The notes under the pieces are model-generated. The model did no database searches and was not told the DNA's origin. It saw nothing but the letters and a program-made list of their open reading frames with translations. A stretch of DNA of 64,000 nucleotides from a virus, in the IMG/VR virus record IMGVR_UViG_3300009702_000023, positions 9,836-73,835 of that record; one strand, given 5' to 3'. Numbering within the stretch: the stretch's first letter is position 1; each line of letters begins with the position of its first letter. Shown in pieces: positions 19,181 through 27,974 of this stretch. The translations under genes were made by a program, and so were the position numbers.

Positions 19181-20186
19181 AATATTAACATTTACAAACG
19201 GCGCTAAGCTTAATACGAGTGATATACAAAAAATCGGTCAAGAAATGTTATACCTTGACCCAGACGGTTTTGGTTATGCAATTAAAGGAACTAAAGGCAT
19301 ATTCGGTGAGAAATATATCGGTTCTAAATTCACGGTCAGTATTACCAATACTAAGCCTCTCCCTAAAATGCTATTAGAGCCTTTAAGAGAAACATTCGGC
19401 GAATACTCCAAGATTGATGGCCCCGCGTTGTTCCATGGCCGGACTTCGACTAATTGTCTTAATCTTAATAATACTCATCCTATACAAAAAAATAATTGGA
19501 ATTTAATACATAATGGTGTCGTAACCGATCATGGTCCTAAATATAAAATGATTACAACTAATGACTCGGAACATGTATTAGAACATTTGATAAACGGTGG
19601 CATTAAAGAGGTCTCCGAACATCTCAGCGGGTATTATGCATTTACAGCCATTGACCCTAACGGATTACTCCACATTTGTCGTGACGATGTTGCTAAACTC
19701 TTCTCCACTTGGTCCCCATCTCACGAAACATATATATTTAGTACCACTCCCGATTTGCTGACTAATATAGCTAAATTGTGTAATATTACAATTGACTCAA
19801 TAGAATTAGTAAAATCAGAAACTTATTCAACCTGGAATAATAATGAATTGATTAATGCCGAGACTTTTAACTCTCGTGGGTTTACATCACATGAACAAAA
19901 ACATTCTAAACGCTCATTGGGGTATGATCTCCCGAATTCCGGGGATAATATAGTCGATGTTACAGATACGGGTGATAATTATAACTATGATGATTATAAT
20001 GACGATTATTATAATGAACTGGACTATTTAGACGATGAATATAAAATCTACGACGATCATGGCTCCCGAATGACGGTCTCCGAATTTTATCAATTAGATG
20101 ATATTAATCAATTATTATGTACTATTGTGCGTCCTGATGGTACGGAGATTAATTTAACTAAATACGAAAAATATTATGCGGGGTGA
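19173..20186 (+). CDS. Class II (Ntn) glutamine amidotransferase
   Basis: N-terminal Cys2, DGFG, HGRTST, NTHP, HNG, NDSE. Confidence 0.85.
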   Translation: MCKILTFTNGAKLNTSDIQKIGQEMLYLDPDGFGYAIKGTKGIFGEKYIGSKFTVSITNTKPLPKMLLEPLRETFGEYSKIDGPALFHGRTSTNCLNLNNTHPIQKNNWNLIHNGVVTDHGPKYKMITTNDSEHVLEHLINGGIKEVSEHLSGYYAFTAIDPNGLLHICRDDVAKLFSTWSPSHETYIFSTTPDLLTNIAKLCNITIDSIELVKSETYSTWNNNELINAETFNSRGFTSHEQKHSKRSLGYDLPNSGDNIVDVTDTGDNYNYDDYNDDYYNELDYLDDEYKIYDDHGSRMTVSEFYQLDDINQLLCTIVRPDGTEINLTKYEKYYAG

Positions 20187-20189
20187 TTT

Positions 20190-20384
20190 ATGGACCACAT
20201 TATAATTGCATTTACTATATGTTTATTATTATATAAATACTTTGGTTTATCATTATTAGGTTGTTTTTTTATATTAATGTTTCTAGGTATAGGTAAAGAA
20301 TTTACTGATACTTATGTTTCATATGTTGATTTATTATGCAATACAATCGGTTTTATGTTATTTTATGTTTTTACTGAACATTAA
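20190..20384 (+). CDS. Small membrane protein (VanZ/YfiM-like motif)
   Basis: Hydrophobic; GKE..D...DL..N..G. Confidence 0.45.
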   Translation: MDHIIIAFTICLLLYKYFGLSLLGCFFILMFLGIGKEFTDTYVSYVDLLCNTIGFMLFYVFTEH

Positions 20385-20430
20385 ATCCTAAAATGACGTA
20401 TAAAACGATTTATAACATACTTCTCCCTTT

Positions 20431-20464
20431 AATATCCCGGTCTTATATGATCGGGGTATTTTTA
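20431..20464 (+). terminator. Stem-loop terminator (possibly bidirectional)
   Basis: AATATCCCGGTC/GATCGGGGTATT followed by T-run. Confidence 0.55.
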
Positions 20465-20860
20465 ACTCTAGAGGTAATTTCTCCCGAAACTCGTATTGAG
20501 GCAAGTCACTCAAAAATTGTGGTAATTTTTTTCGTTTATATTTTTTTCTTGTTGATTCGTCCCGGCTATCGCTGCTCCCGCTTTTGGCTCCGCAGCGGCC
20601 TGACTTATTATTTTGAATTAGCTTTTGGTTTACATTTAATAAAGCTGTCGCTATACCTTATATATATAAAAGGGATGTTTGGATCGCCCCGGTGGCACCT
20701 ATTTAAGGCTCCTGAGTTTCTTTCTACCCCGTTTGCCCCCACTTATGTATTAGGCTGGTCGACGAATAAGCTTTACAGCACTTATTTGCATGCCTGTCTT
20801 TAACTCCGATCTTTTAAGACTTCTAGAGTAGGTAGGCTTACCCCTTACATGGTCTTTACA
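20431..20860 (-). ncRNA. Putative ~430-nt non-coding RNA or origin transcript
   Basis: No credible ORF, elevated GC, hairpins, preceded by a late motif and a sigma70 promoter. Confidence 0.45.
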
Positions 20861-20874
20861 GTAATATTTGTTAA
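20858..20874 (-). promoter_or_regulatory. Late promoter variant TTAACAAATATTACTGT
   Basis: 12-bp core identical to the other five sites. Confidence 0.55.
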
Positions 20875-20898
20875 TCAACAACACTACTATACACATAT

Positions 20899-20927
20899 AC
20901 TATAGCATAGTGGGTTTAGGATGTCAA
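20899..20927 (-). promoter_or_regulatory. Sigma70-type promoter with extended -10
   Basis: TTGACA-N17-(TGc)TATAGT. Confidence 0.65.
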
Positions 20928-20998
20928 GAATTATTTTTAATATAATAAAGTTGTATTAAAATAAAAGATGTATTATATTATGTATAAAGGAGTGATAA

Positions 20999-21202
20999 AT
21001 GAAACGAGTCTTAAAACGCTTTAAAAGCCTTATAGGATGTGTTGATAGTTATGTGTGTGAAACACTAGCCCCGGATGGTAAAAAGGCCGTGTGCAGCCAA
21101 TGTGGCCTTGTGACGAATAGTTGTGACTCACTTCCATTTTTTCAAAAAAGAGTAGACAAACCCACCGACATATATTATTGTGGTTGTCGTGGTTGGAACT
21201 AA
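20999..21202 (+). CDS. Cys-rich hypothetical protein
   Basis: CSQCG...LPFF...YYCGCRGW; AGGAG RBS. Confidence 0.6.
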   Translation: MKRVLKRFKSLIGCVDSYVCETLAPDGKKAVCSQCGLVTNSCDSLPFFQKRVDKPTDIYYCGCRGWN

Positions 21203-21219
21203 AAACGGGAGAATATAAT

Positions 21220-21444
21220 ATGAAATACATAATACATGATGTGATATTAATAATTTTGATTATTATTATTACGGCAATTGGTAATAATTTAATATATGCG
21301 GCACAGACTAAAAGGTGTAGCCCCGAAATTACACAACTAGAAAGAACAAGACAAATTAAACAAATTGTGGTAAAATTAGATGAGGCAATTAAAAGAGCCA
21401 AACTAGACCAGAAAAAAAGAGAAATTGAGTTAAAATTGAGGTAA
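21220..21444 (+). CDS. Hypothetical protein with N-terminal TM
   Basis: GGGAG RBS before ATG 21220. Confidence 0.5.
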   Translation: MKYIIHDVILIILIIIITAIGNNLIYAAQTKRCSPEITQLERTRQIKQIVVKLDEAIKRAKLDQKKREIELKLR

Positions 21445-21451
21445 ATAAAAT

Positions 21452-21775
21452 ATGAAAATTTGTAATGGTAATTTAACCATAAATAAAGACAATGTTAATG
21501 ATTTTAAAAACCTTGAAGTTGTAATAGGACGTATAAAATTTGAAAATAAAGTTAAATTTAATGCACCTAAATTAAAAATTGTTGGCTCTTGGATTTTTAT
21601 GAATGAAGGTATGGAGTTTAATGCGCCAAAATTACAAATTATTATGGGAGCTATTAAGATGGTTAATAATGCCAAGTTTAATGCACCGAAATTAGAAATA
21701 GTCTGTGACTATGTTGGTTTATATAATGGCGCTAAATTAATAGCCCCAAAATTAAAAATAAAGGCAGGTAAATAA
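21452..21775 (+). CDS. Short 20-aa repeat (LRR/beta-solenoid-like) protein
   Basis: FNAPKLxI repeats; paralogue of 26246..27271. Confidence 0.7.
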   Translation: MKICNGNLTINKDNVNDFKNLEVVIGRIKFENKVKFNAPKLKIVGSWIFMNEGMEFNAPKLQIIMGAIKMVNNAKFNAPKLEIVCDYVGLYNGAKLIAPKLKIKAGK

Positions 21776-22332
21776 TGAAATATCTATTAATTGTATTATC
21801 TTTTAGTTTGCTTTATTGTGGCAAATCTCTTCACTACGGGCCGGTATGCCATAGTGAGCTAAGACCAGGGGCATTAGACACAGTGCCAACATTGGGCCGT
21901 TATGGAGCAATGAGCACCTATCCACTATACTCCTGTGTTAATTCCCCGGACAATGTTGTTGTGGAGCGAGATGCGAGGGTTATATACTCAGTTTATATAC
22001 CCAGGGGTCGGAAGCATCGTAAAATATCGTATTCGGCTTATGGCGAATTAACTAATGACGTGGGTAAACAAATGGAAGTGGATTGGTATTTTGTTTTATC
22101 TGATAGCCCGACTAATGTATTAGGCACAGAGATTACAAGACGAAAGGGATATAATATTAGCCCCGAAATGCACCATGGGATTGTTGGAGAGTCGGGGGTA
22201 TATGTATTCCCTAAAGAGTTTCATGGTTATTTAAATTTTGTTGTATATTCTGCAAGTGGCGAGTTAAATTATTTTAACGAGATGGTGAAAGTTGAAACCT
22301 ATGGTCAAATGTCAGTAGTTAATTTACACTAA
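21775..22332 (+). CDS. Putative lipoprotein
   Basis: MKYLLIVLSFSLLYC signal. Confidence 0.5.
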   Translation: MKYLLIVLSFSLLYCGKSLHYGPVCHSELRPGALDTVPTLGRYGAMSTYPLYSCVNSPDNVVVERDARVIYSVYIPRGRKHRKISYSAYGELTNDVGKQMEVDWYFVLSDSPTNVLGTEITRRKGYNISPEMHHGIVGESGVYVFPKEFHGYLNFVVYSASGELNYFNEMVKVETYGQMSVVNLH

Positions 22333-22343
22333 GGGAATATAAT

Positions 22344-23414
22344 ATGAAAGGATATAAAGCATTTAATAAAGATTTAACTTGTCGAAAGTTTCAGTTTGAA
22401 ATTGGCAAAACTTATGAGCATTCGGGAGAATTAAGTTTATGTAACTCGGGTTTTCATTTTTGCACCAAATTGGCAGATTGTTTTAGTTATTATATTTTTA
22501 GTGATAAACCTATTATTTGCGAAGTTGAAATATTGGGTAAAGTATTAACAGATAGTCAACGAGACTCTAAAGCCTGTACTGATAAAATAAAAATTATTAG
22601 AAAATTATCATGGGATGAAGTTTTAAATTTAAGCAATTCGGGCTATAATAATTCGGGCTATAATAATTCGGGCAATTATAATTCGGGCAATTATAATTCG
22701 GGCGATTATAATTCTGGTCATTATAATTCGGGCTATCGTAATTCGGGTCATTATAATTCGGGCAATCGTAATTCGGGCAATTATAATTCGGGCGATTATA
22801 ATTCTGGTCATTATAATTCGGGCTATCGTAATTCGGGCAATTATAATTCGGGCGATTATAATTCGGGCGATTATAATTCGGGCTATCGTAATTCGGGCAA
22901 TTATAATTCGGGCTATCGTAATTCGGGCGATTATAATTCGGGCGATTATAATTCGGGCGATTATAATTCGGGCTATCGTAATTCGGGCAATTATAATTCG
23001 GGCGATTATAATTCGGGCTATCGTAATTCGGGCAATTATAATTCGGGCAATTATAATTCGGGCAATTATAATTCGGGCAATTGTAATTCGGGTTTTTTTA
23101 ACACTAACAATCCTAAACTTAGATTATTTAATAAAGAAACAAATTATGAATCTAGTAATGAGATATATAATAAATTACAAAAATTACAAAAATATAGTAA
23201 ACCCATTTTAATATGGGTTTCAGAAAATAAAATGACTGATCAAGAAAAAAAAGACAATCCTAAATATGAAACAACTAAAGGATATTTAAAATATACTGGC
23301 AAACAAAAATGGGATAAATTAAGTAAAGAGGATGAGGATTGGCTTACATCATTGCCCGAATTTGACTCTGATATATTTTTTGAATTAACAGGACTAAAAC
23401 TGGAGAAAAAATAA
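22344..23414 (+). CDS. NSGxx pentapeptide-repeat protein with DUF7666-like N-terminus
   Basis: KGYKAF..DLTCR.FQFEIGKTY...CNSGFHFC; 31 NSGxx units. Confidence 0.85.
   Translation: MKGYKAFNKDLTCRKFQFEIGKTYEHSGELSLCNSGFHFCTKLADCFSYYIFSDKPIICEVEILGKVLTDSQRDSKACTDKIKIIRKLSWDEVLNLSNSGYNNSGYNNSGNYNSGNYNSGDYNSGHYNSGYRNSGHYNSGNRNSGNYNSGDYNSGHYNSGYRNSGNYNSGDYNSGDYNSGYRNSGNYNSGYRNSGDYNSGDYNSGDYNSGYRNSGNYNSGDYNSGYRNSGNYNSGNYNSGNYNSGNCNSGFFNTNNPKLRLFNKETNYESSNEIYNKLQKLQKYSKPILIWVSENKMTDQEKKDNPKYETTKGYLKYTGKQKWDKLSKEDEDWLTSLPEFDSDIFFELTGLKLEKK
22635..23099 (+). repeat. 31 x 15-bp coding tandem repeat
   Basis: AATTCGGG(C/T)-N6 units. Confidence 0.95.
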
Positions 23415-23576
23415 TGACATGGATTATGTTAGCACTTTGTTTACATGGTAGTCCCATGATTGTCAATTTCGGGAGTGATAAAAATAAATGTGAGGTTGTT
23501 GCTAACGAATTTATAAGGTCAGGCATGAAATGTGATTTTAAATGTTTGAGAATAAAATAAAAGAGGAGATTAAATA

Positions 23577-24851
23577 ATGATTGAAAAATTAACAGATAAA
23601 CAAGAAAAATTAGTTTCGGTTTATAGAGATAAATGGCTGGAAATCGGGAGATCAGTTAAACCTATAGATAAAGAAAAAACCACAAAGTCAATTAATTGGC
23701 TATATAAATTTGGGAAACGTAGTGAAACCCCTTATATGTGGTTTTGTGATAGCCCATTACAAATGCAATTAATAATTAATTTATTGCGAGATGAAGATTT
23801 TAAAAAAGTATTGGTGGAAAATCTTAGGTCTAATCTAGGGTCTAATCTTAGGTCTAATCTTAGGTTTAATCTAGGGTCTAATTTAGAGTCTAATCTTAGG
23901 TCTAATCTAGGGTCTAATCTAGGGTCTAATCTTAGGTCTAATCTAGGGTCTAATCTTAGGTCTAATCTAGGGTCTAATTTAGAGTCTAATCTTTGGTCTA
24001 ATCTAGGGTCTAATCTTTGGTCTAATCTAGGGTCTAATCTTTGGTCTAATCTTAGGTCTAATCTTAGGTCTAATCTTAGGTCTAATCTAGGGTCTAATCT
24101 TAGGTCTAATCTAGGGTCTAATCTTAGGTCTAATCTTTGGTCTAATCTAGGGTCTAATCTTTGGTCTAATCTAGGGTCTAATTTAGAGTCTAATCTTTGG
24201 TCTAATCTTAGGTCTAAAAATTTAAAATTTGAACATTTTTTTAGTCCCAATATTGAATCGTATTGGGTCGGATATTATGATTATATTTTACATGAATTAT
24301 TTCCGGAAAAAATAAATGAATTTGAAGAATTTAGTAAAAATTGTATAAATTTTTATAAAAATACATATTTAATTGTCCCATTTGAAAATATTTGTTTTAT
24401 TTCAGAAAGGCCAATAGAATATAATTTAAATGAAGAAGGTAGATTACATAGTTTAGATAAACCATCAATGAAATTTAAAGATGGATATGAATTTTATAGT
24501 TTAGATGGTATAACTATAGATAAAACAATTATTGATGCTTGTAATGAAAAAACGGAGCCCAATAAAATATTAAGTTTAAAAAATGTAGAGCAAAGATTAG
24601 TTGGAATTAAATATTTTGGAATTGAGAATATGTTAGAACAATTGGGGGGTAAAATTATAGATGAATATAAATATTATAAATTATTAGAGGTTGAAATCGA
24701 GGGTAGCAAAGAAAAACTATTGCAGATGGAAAATCAAAGTGGTAATCAAATACATTACGAATTTGTAACTCCCGATATTACTACTTGCAAAAAAGCATTA
24801 TCTTGGAGAATAGGATTAGATATATATAATGAACCAAAAGCAATCTCATAA
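23577..24851 (+). CDS. Tetrapeptide-repeat protein with DUF6745-like C-terminal domain
   Basis: IEKLT..QE N-terminus; NL(R/G/E/W)S repeats; ERP...GRLH...P...F.DG...Y. Confidence 0.8.
   Translation: MIEKLTDKQEKLVSVYRDKWLEIGRSVKPIDKEKTTKSINWLYKFGKRSETPYMWFCDSPLQMQLIINLLRDEDFKKVLVENLRSNLGSNLRSNLRFNLGSNLESNLRSNLGSNLGSNLRSNLGSNLRSNLGSNLESNLWSNLGSNLWSNLGSNLWSNLRSNLRSNLRSNLGSNLRSNLGSNLRSNLWSNLGSNLWSNLGSNLESNLWSNLRSKNLKFEHFFSPNIESYWVGYYDYILHELFPEKINEFEEFSKNCINFYKNTYLIVPFENICFISERPIEYNLNEEGRLHSLDKPSMKFKDGYEFYSLDGITIDKTIIDACNEKTEPNKILSLKNVEQRLVGIKYFGIENMLEQLGGKIIDEYKYYKLLEVEIEGSKEKLLQMENQSGNQIHYEFVTPDITTCKKALSWRIGLDIYNEPKAIS
23820..24215 (+). repeat. 33 x 12-bp coding tandem repeat
   Basis: Units AATCTTAGGTCT, AATCTAGGGTCT, AATTTAGAGTCT, AATCTTTGGTCT. 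Confidence 0.95.
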
Positions 24852-24862
24852 AGGAGAAAATT

Positions 24863-25237
24863 ATGAAACCATTTAATGAAAGTAAAAAACCGCGAGTTCC
24901 AGAAATGAAAAATGCTGGAGATTATGTGCTACACGGAGATGTAGTAATTGAAAAAGTTTCCGAAGTATCAACGGAATTTTGTGATTTAAAAAAATCTAAA
25001 GATTCGACTTTGGCATACGGCGAAGTAACTGGCCATATTCATCAACTAAGCGGGGGTGAATTTGATTTGCGTATTGATAAAAAGAACCCAGCAAATAGGC
25101 ATTTAAAGGTTGTAACGCCCGTTCTATTAAGACATCAAGAACATTTGCCAATTTTATTGCCGCCGGGAGAATATATTACCAGAATTCAAAAAGAATATGA
25201 TCCATTTGAAAAAAAGATTAGAGAGGTTCAAGACTAA
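24863..25237 (+). CDS. His-rich partner of DUF6745-like protein
   Basis: HGDV...LAYGEVTGHIH...HQEH...PGEY....Q.EY. Confidence 0.7.
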   Translation: MKPFNESKKPRVPEMKNAGDYVLHGDVVIEKVSEVSTEFCDLKKSKDSTLAYGEVTGHIHQLSGGEFDLRIDKKNPANRHLKVVTPVLLRHQEHLPILLPPGEYITRIQKEYDPFEKKIREVQD

Positions 25238-25581
25238 TGGATTATAAAAAAGTGACACCGGAGACATTTGCTATATATTTAAAAATTGCCAATCAACGAG
25301 ATAAATTATATCGCCATAAAACGTGTTATATAGCTTATGATTGTAACTCCGGTTTCGCTATCACTAATAGTGGTCTATTGTGCCATGTATTTAGTTTAAA
25401 GCCGGGAGCGGGGCGACTGGCAGTAAAAAAAGCAATTAAACTTGGTGCAATTAGATTATCATGCTATAATAAACAACAAGAGATGTATTATGGAACATTT
25501 GGGTTCTATACTACCTTTAGATCAAATAATAAATATTGGATGTGTAGAAAAAATATAGGAGGTGCCGCATGCATAGAATAA
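25237..25581 (+). CDS. GNAT-fold-like protein
   Basis: VFS...GAG...AI..G...L.CY.....YY..FGF. Confidence 0.45.
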   Translation: MDYKKVTPETFAIYLKIANQRDKLYRHKTCYIAYDCNSGFAITNSGLLCHVFSLKPGAGRLAVKKAIKLGAIRLSCYNKQQEMYYGTFGFYTTFRSNNKYWMCRKNIGGAACIE

Positions 25582-25931
25582 ATAAACCAAAAGTAATTTT
25601 AATCCCAGTTTCAAGACTACAGAAACTAACATTTATTAGTAAATTAGTTAAACTTAAATCCGAACACTGGTCGGGGGAATTGGCGTTGGCCGCATATAAT
25701 AATAGTGATGAAATTAAACCAATGCTCCAGGAATTGGGGGCTACAGACTACTTCCTAATTGATAAAGAAAGATTCATTAGTTATGTTAACTTGCATGATC
25801 CCGATCTTATGAAAAAAATGAAAAAGGGTTTAGCCGATAAAAGGATTAAATTTGACACAGCGCACAATGCTAAAAAAGAGGATTTTATGATTTATGATGT
25901 AACTTATGATACATATTGGACATTAGTGTGA
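25569..25931 (+). CDS. Hypothetical protein
   Basis: GGAGG RBS; ORF track. Confidence 0.55.
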   Translation: MHRINKPKVILIPVSRLQKLTFISKLVKLKSEHWSGELALAAYNNSDEIKPMLQELGATDYFLIDKERFISYVNLHDPDLMKKMKKGLADKRIKFDTAHNAKKEDFMIYDVTYDTYWTLV

Positions 25932-25934
25932 TAT

Positions 25935-26189
25935 ATGAAATATTCAATTGAACTTATAAAATTATCAAAATCGGGAAGGGCGGTTAGTCGAAAAGAAAAA
26001 TTCTTTTATAATATTAAAGATGTAAAAGAATATTATAATCAAGCTAAAAAAGAATTTAATACATTAATTAATGTTAAATTATATGATAGTACACAAAGCC
26101 CTAAATGGACAAAAAAGTGCGATTATATTATTAGTTTACAACAAGATAAAGGTACTTTTTATATTAGTGAACAAAAAGCGAAAGGATAG
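25935..26189 (+). CDS. Hypothetical protein
   Basis: ORF track. Confidence 0.45.
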   Translation: MKYSIELIKLSKSGRAVSRKEKFFYNIKDVKEYYNQAKKEFNTLINVKLYDSTQSPKWTKKCDYIISLQQDKGTFYISEQKAKG

Positions 26190-26245
26190 AAGATGAATTG
26201 GTATTATTTTCAAACAGATACCAGTTTGATAAAAAGGAGTATTTT

Positions 26246-27271
26246 ATGAAAATTCATAAAGGCGATTTGTTAATTAATAAAGATAATGTTAATGATTTTA
26301 AAGATCTCGAAATTGTAACTGGTTGTGTTTCTATACATGAAAGAGTAAAGTTTATCGCCCCGAAATTAAAAACAATTGGTAAATATACCTCGATATCTTA
26401 TGGGGCAGAATTTACTGCTCCGAAATTAAAAACTATTGGCGGTGATGTATTTATTCAATCGGGGGGAGAATTTAATGCTCCGAAATTAGAAATTATTAGA
26501 CAAGAAGTTTATATTAATCCGCAAGGAAAATTTGTAGCCCCCGAATTAGAAATAATTGGGAAGTACTTATCACTATATAATGGGGCAGAGTTTAATGTTC
26601 CGAGGTTAGAGGCTATCGGAGGCAGAGTCGCCTTATCTAAGGGGGCAAAGCTTCGGGCGGAGAGGTTGGAGGTTGTCGGAGGTTCTGTCTACGTTTATAG
26701 GGGGGCGGAGGCTCGGGCGCCGAGGCTGGGGGTCGTCGGGCATTATGTGTGCTTGTTGGGAGGGGGTAAGTTGGAGGCACCGGGGTTGGAGATAGACCTA
26801 TCTTTGGAAGGTCCACTGATCGCAGAGATGAACCTGCGGTTATTATTGTGGCGAAAGGGCTTCGTTTTAATAGATGGCATCTTATCTAAATTATTAAGTG
26901 AGAAAACTGTTGGCGATGTTAATGTAATGAAAGTATTAAACATTGGAGATACTAAACCGTCATATATTGTGGAAAGGAATAATGCATTTGCTCATGGCAA
27001 TACTATTAAAAAGGCAATAGAGGATATTCGCTACAAAATCGGAGACAGGAATGTATCAGAATTCGGGGGGTGGAAAGACAATCTTGATCAAGAGATTAGT
27101 TTGGATGTCGCTATTACAGGTTATCGAGTTATCACTGGGGCTTGTGAAGCGGGAGTGAGGGGGTTTATTAATTCAATTAAAGTGCCGAAGAAATTAACGC
27201 CTAATGTAATACTTAAATTAACCGAAGGTCAATATGGTAATGACACATTTCGGGAGTTTTTAAACAATTAA
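26246..27271 (+). CDS. 20-aa repeat (LRR/beta-solenoid-like) protein with conserved C-terminal domain
   Basis: AGGAG RBS; about nine 60-bp repeats; AHG.T...A, YRVITGACEAG..F, YG. Confidence 0.8.
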   Translation: MKIHKGDLLINKDNVNDFKDLEIVTGCVSIHERVKFIAPKLKTIGKYTSISYGAEFTAPKLKTIGGDVFIQSGGEFNAPKLEIIRQEVYINPQGKFVAPELEIIGKYLSLYNGAEFNVPRLEAIGGRVALSKGAKLRAERLEVVGGSVYVYRGAEARAPRLGVVGHYVCLLGGGKLEAPGLEIDLSLEGPLIAEMNLRLLLWRKGFVLIDGILSKLLSEKTVGDVNVMKVLNIGDTKPSYIVERNNAFAHGNTIKKAIEDIRYKIGDRNVSEFGGWKDNLDQEISLDVAITGYRVITGACEAGVRGFINSIKVPKKLTPNVILKLTEGQYGNDTFREFLNN

Positions 27272-27287
27272 TTTGGGAGAAAAAACA

Positions 27288-27974
27288 ATGTTTTTAGGTC
27301 AAGAATTTAATGACGGTGATATTGTAAGAGTGAGATTGAAAACCGAAGAACAATTGGATATAGTAATGATAAATATGGATGACTATGATAAATTTTCATT
27401 TTATACCGCAGAGTTTTGGGGCTTTTTAGGAACAGAGATTGATTGTATTTATAATCAAGAATCGGGTTTAAAATTTCATGGTGTTGTAATTCCTCAATTT
27501 ATATGTGACGAAATTATTTCTGGCTATATTAATTGGGCGGAAGTTGAAGATGGGGCGCACTTAAATGTTATGTTATTAAGTCCGTATGAAATAGGATATA
27601 AAGATCTATATAATATTAATAGTAATGGCAATTTAACTTCTACGGATAACAAAACTATATATAACATTCCAATAGACAATTTTTATCAAAAAAATGTTGA
27701 AATCATTTTTAATAAAGAATCAAATAGTTTTTGTTTACGCGGTTATAATCAAAAGCTCCCTTTAGACTTGATTAAAAAAATTAATAATCCGGTAAAATCT
27801 ACACCGAAAACGCCAAATAAATATAAAAAATTAAGATTACCTATTAGTAGAACAGCTTTAATATTTAAAGAAGATGGTAAAATGCAATTAGGCACTTTAA
27901 GTATTAAGAAAAAAGATGCTTTGTTTTTACTTCGCAAATTGGCTATTGAATATAATTATTTAGAGGAAGAATAA
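27288..27974 (+). CDS. Hypothetical protein
   Basis: GGGAG RBS; ORF track. Confidence 0.55.
   Translation: MFLGQEFNDGDIVRVRLKTEEQLDIVMINMDDYDKFSFYTAEFWGFLGTEIDCIYNQESGLKFHGVVIPQFICDEIISGYINWAEVEDGAHLNVMLLSPYEIGYKDLYNINSNGNLTSTDNKTIYNIPIDNFYQKNVEIIFNKESNSFCLRGYNQKLPLDLIKKINNPVKSTPKTPNKYKKLRLPISRTALIFKEDGKMQLGTLSIKKKDALFLLRKLAIEYNYLEEE

Noticed and set aside
20393-20803. 136-aa plus-strand ORF
   Set aside because: No RBS, atypical composition, and it spans a terminator hairpin; better explained as non-coding.
22635-24215. Tandem repeats as a CRISPR array
   Set aside because: The 12- and 15-bp units are in-frame coding repeats with no unique spacers, and there is no cas operon.
23732-24250. 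Antisense and alternate-frame ORFs over repeats (also 22629..22811, 42210..42470, 42229..42552)
   Set aside because: By-products of stop-free repeats; no RBS or flanking domains.
21452-27271. Classical DGR with 21452..21775 as template repeat
   Set aside because: The paralogues differ at all base types, the tract also shows T->C changes, and no reverse transcriptase is in the window.
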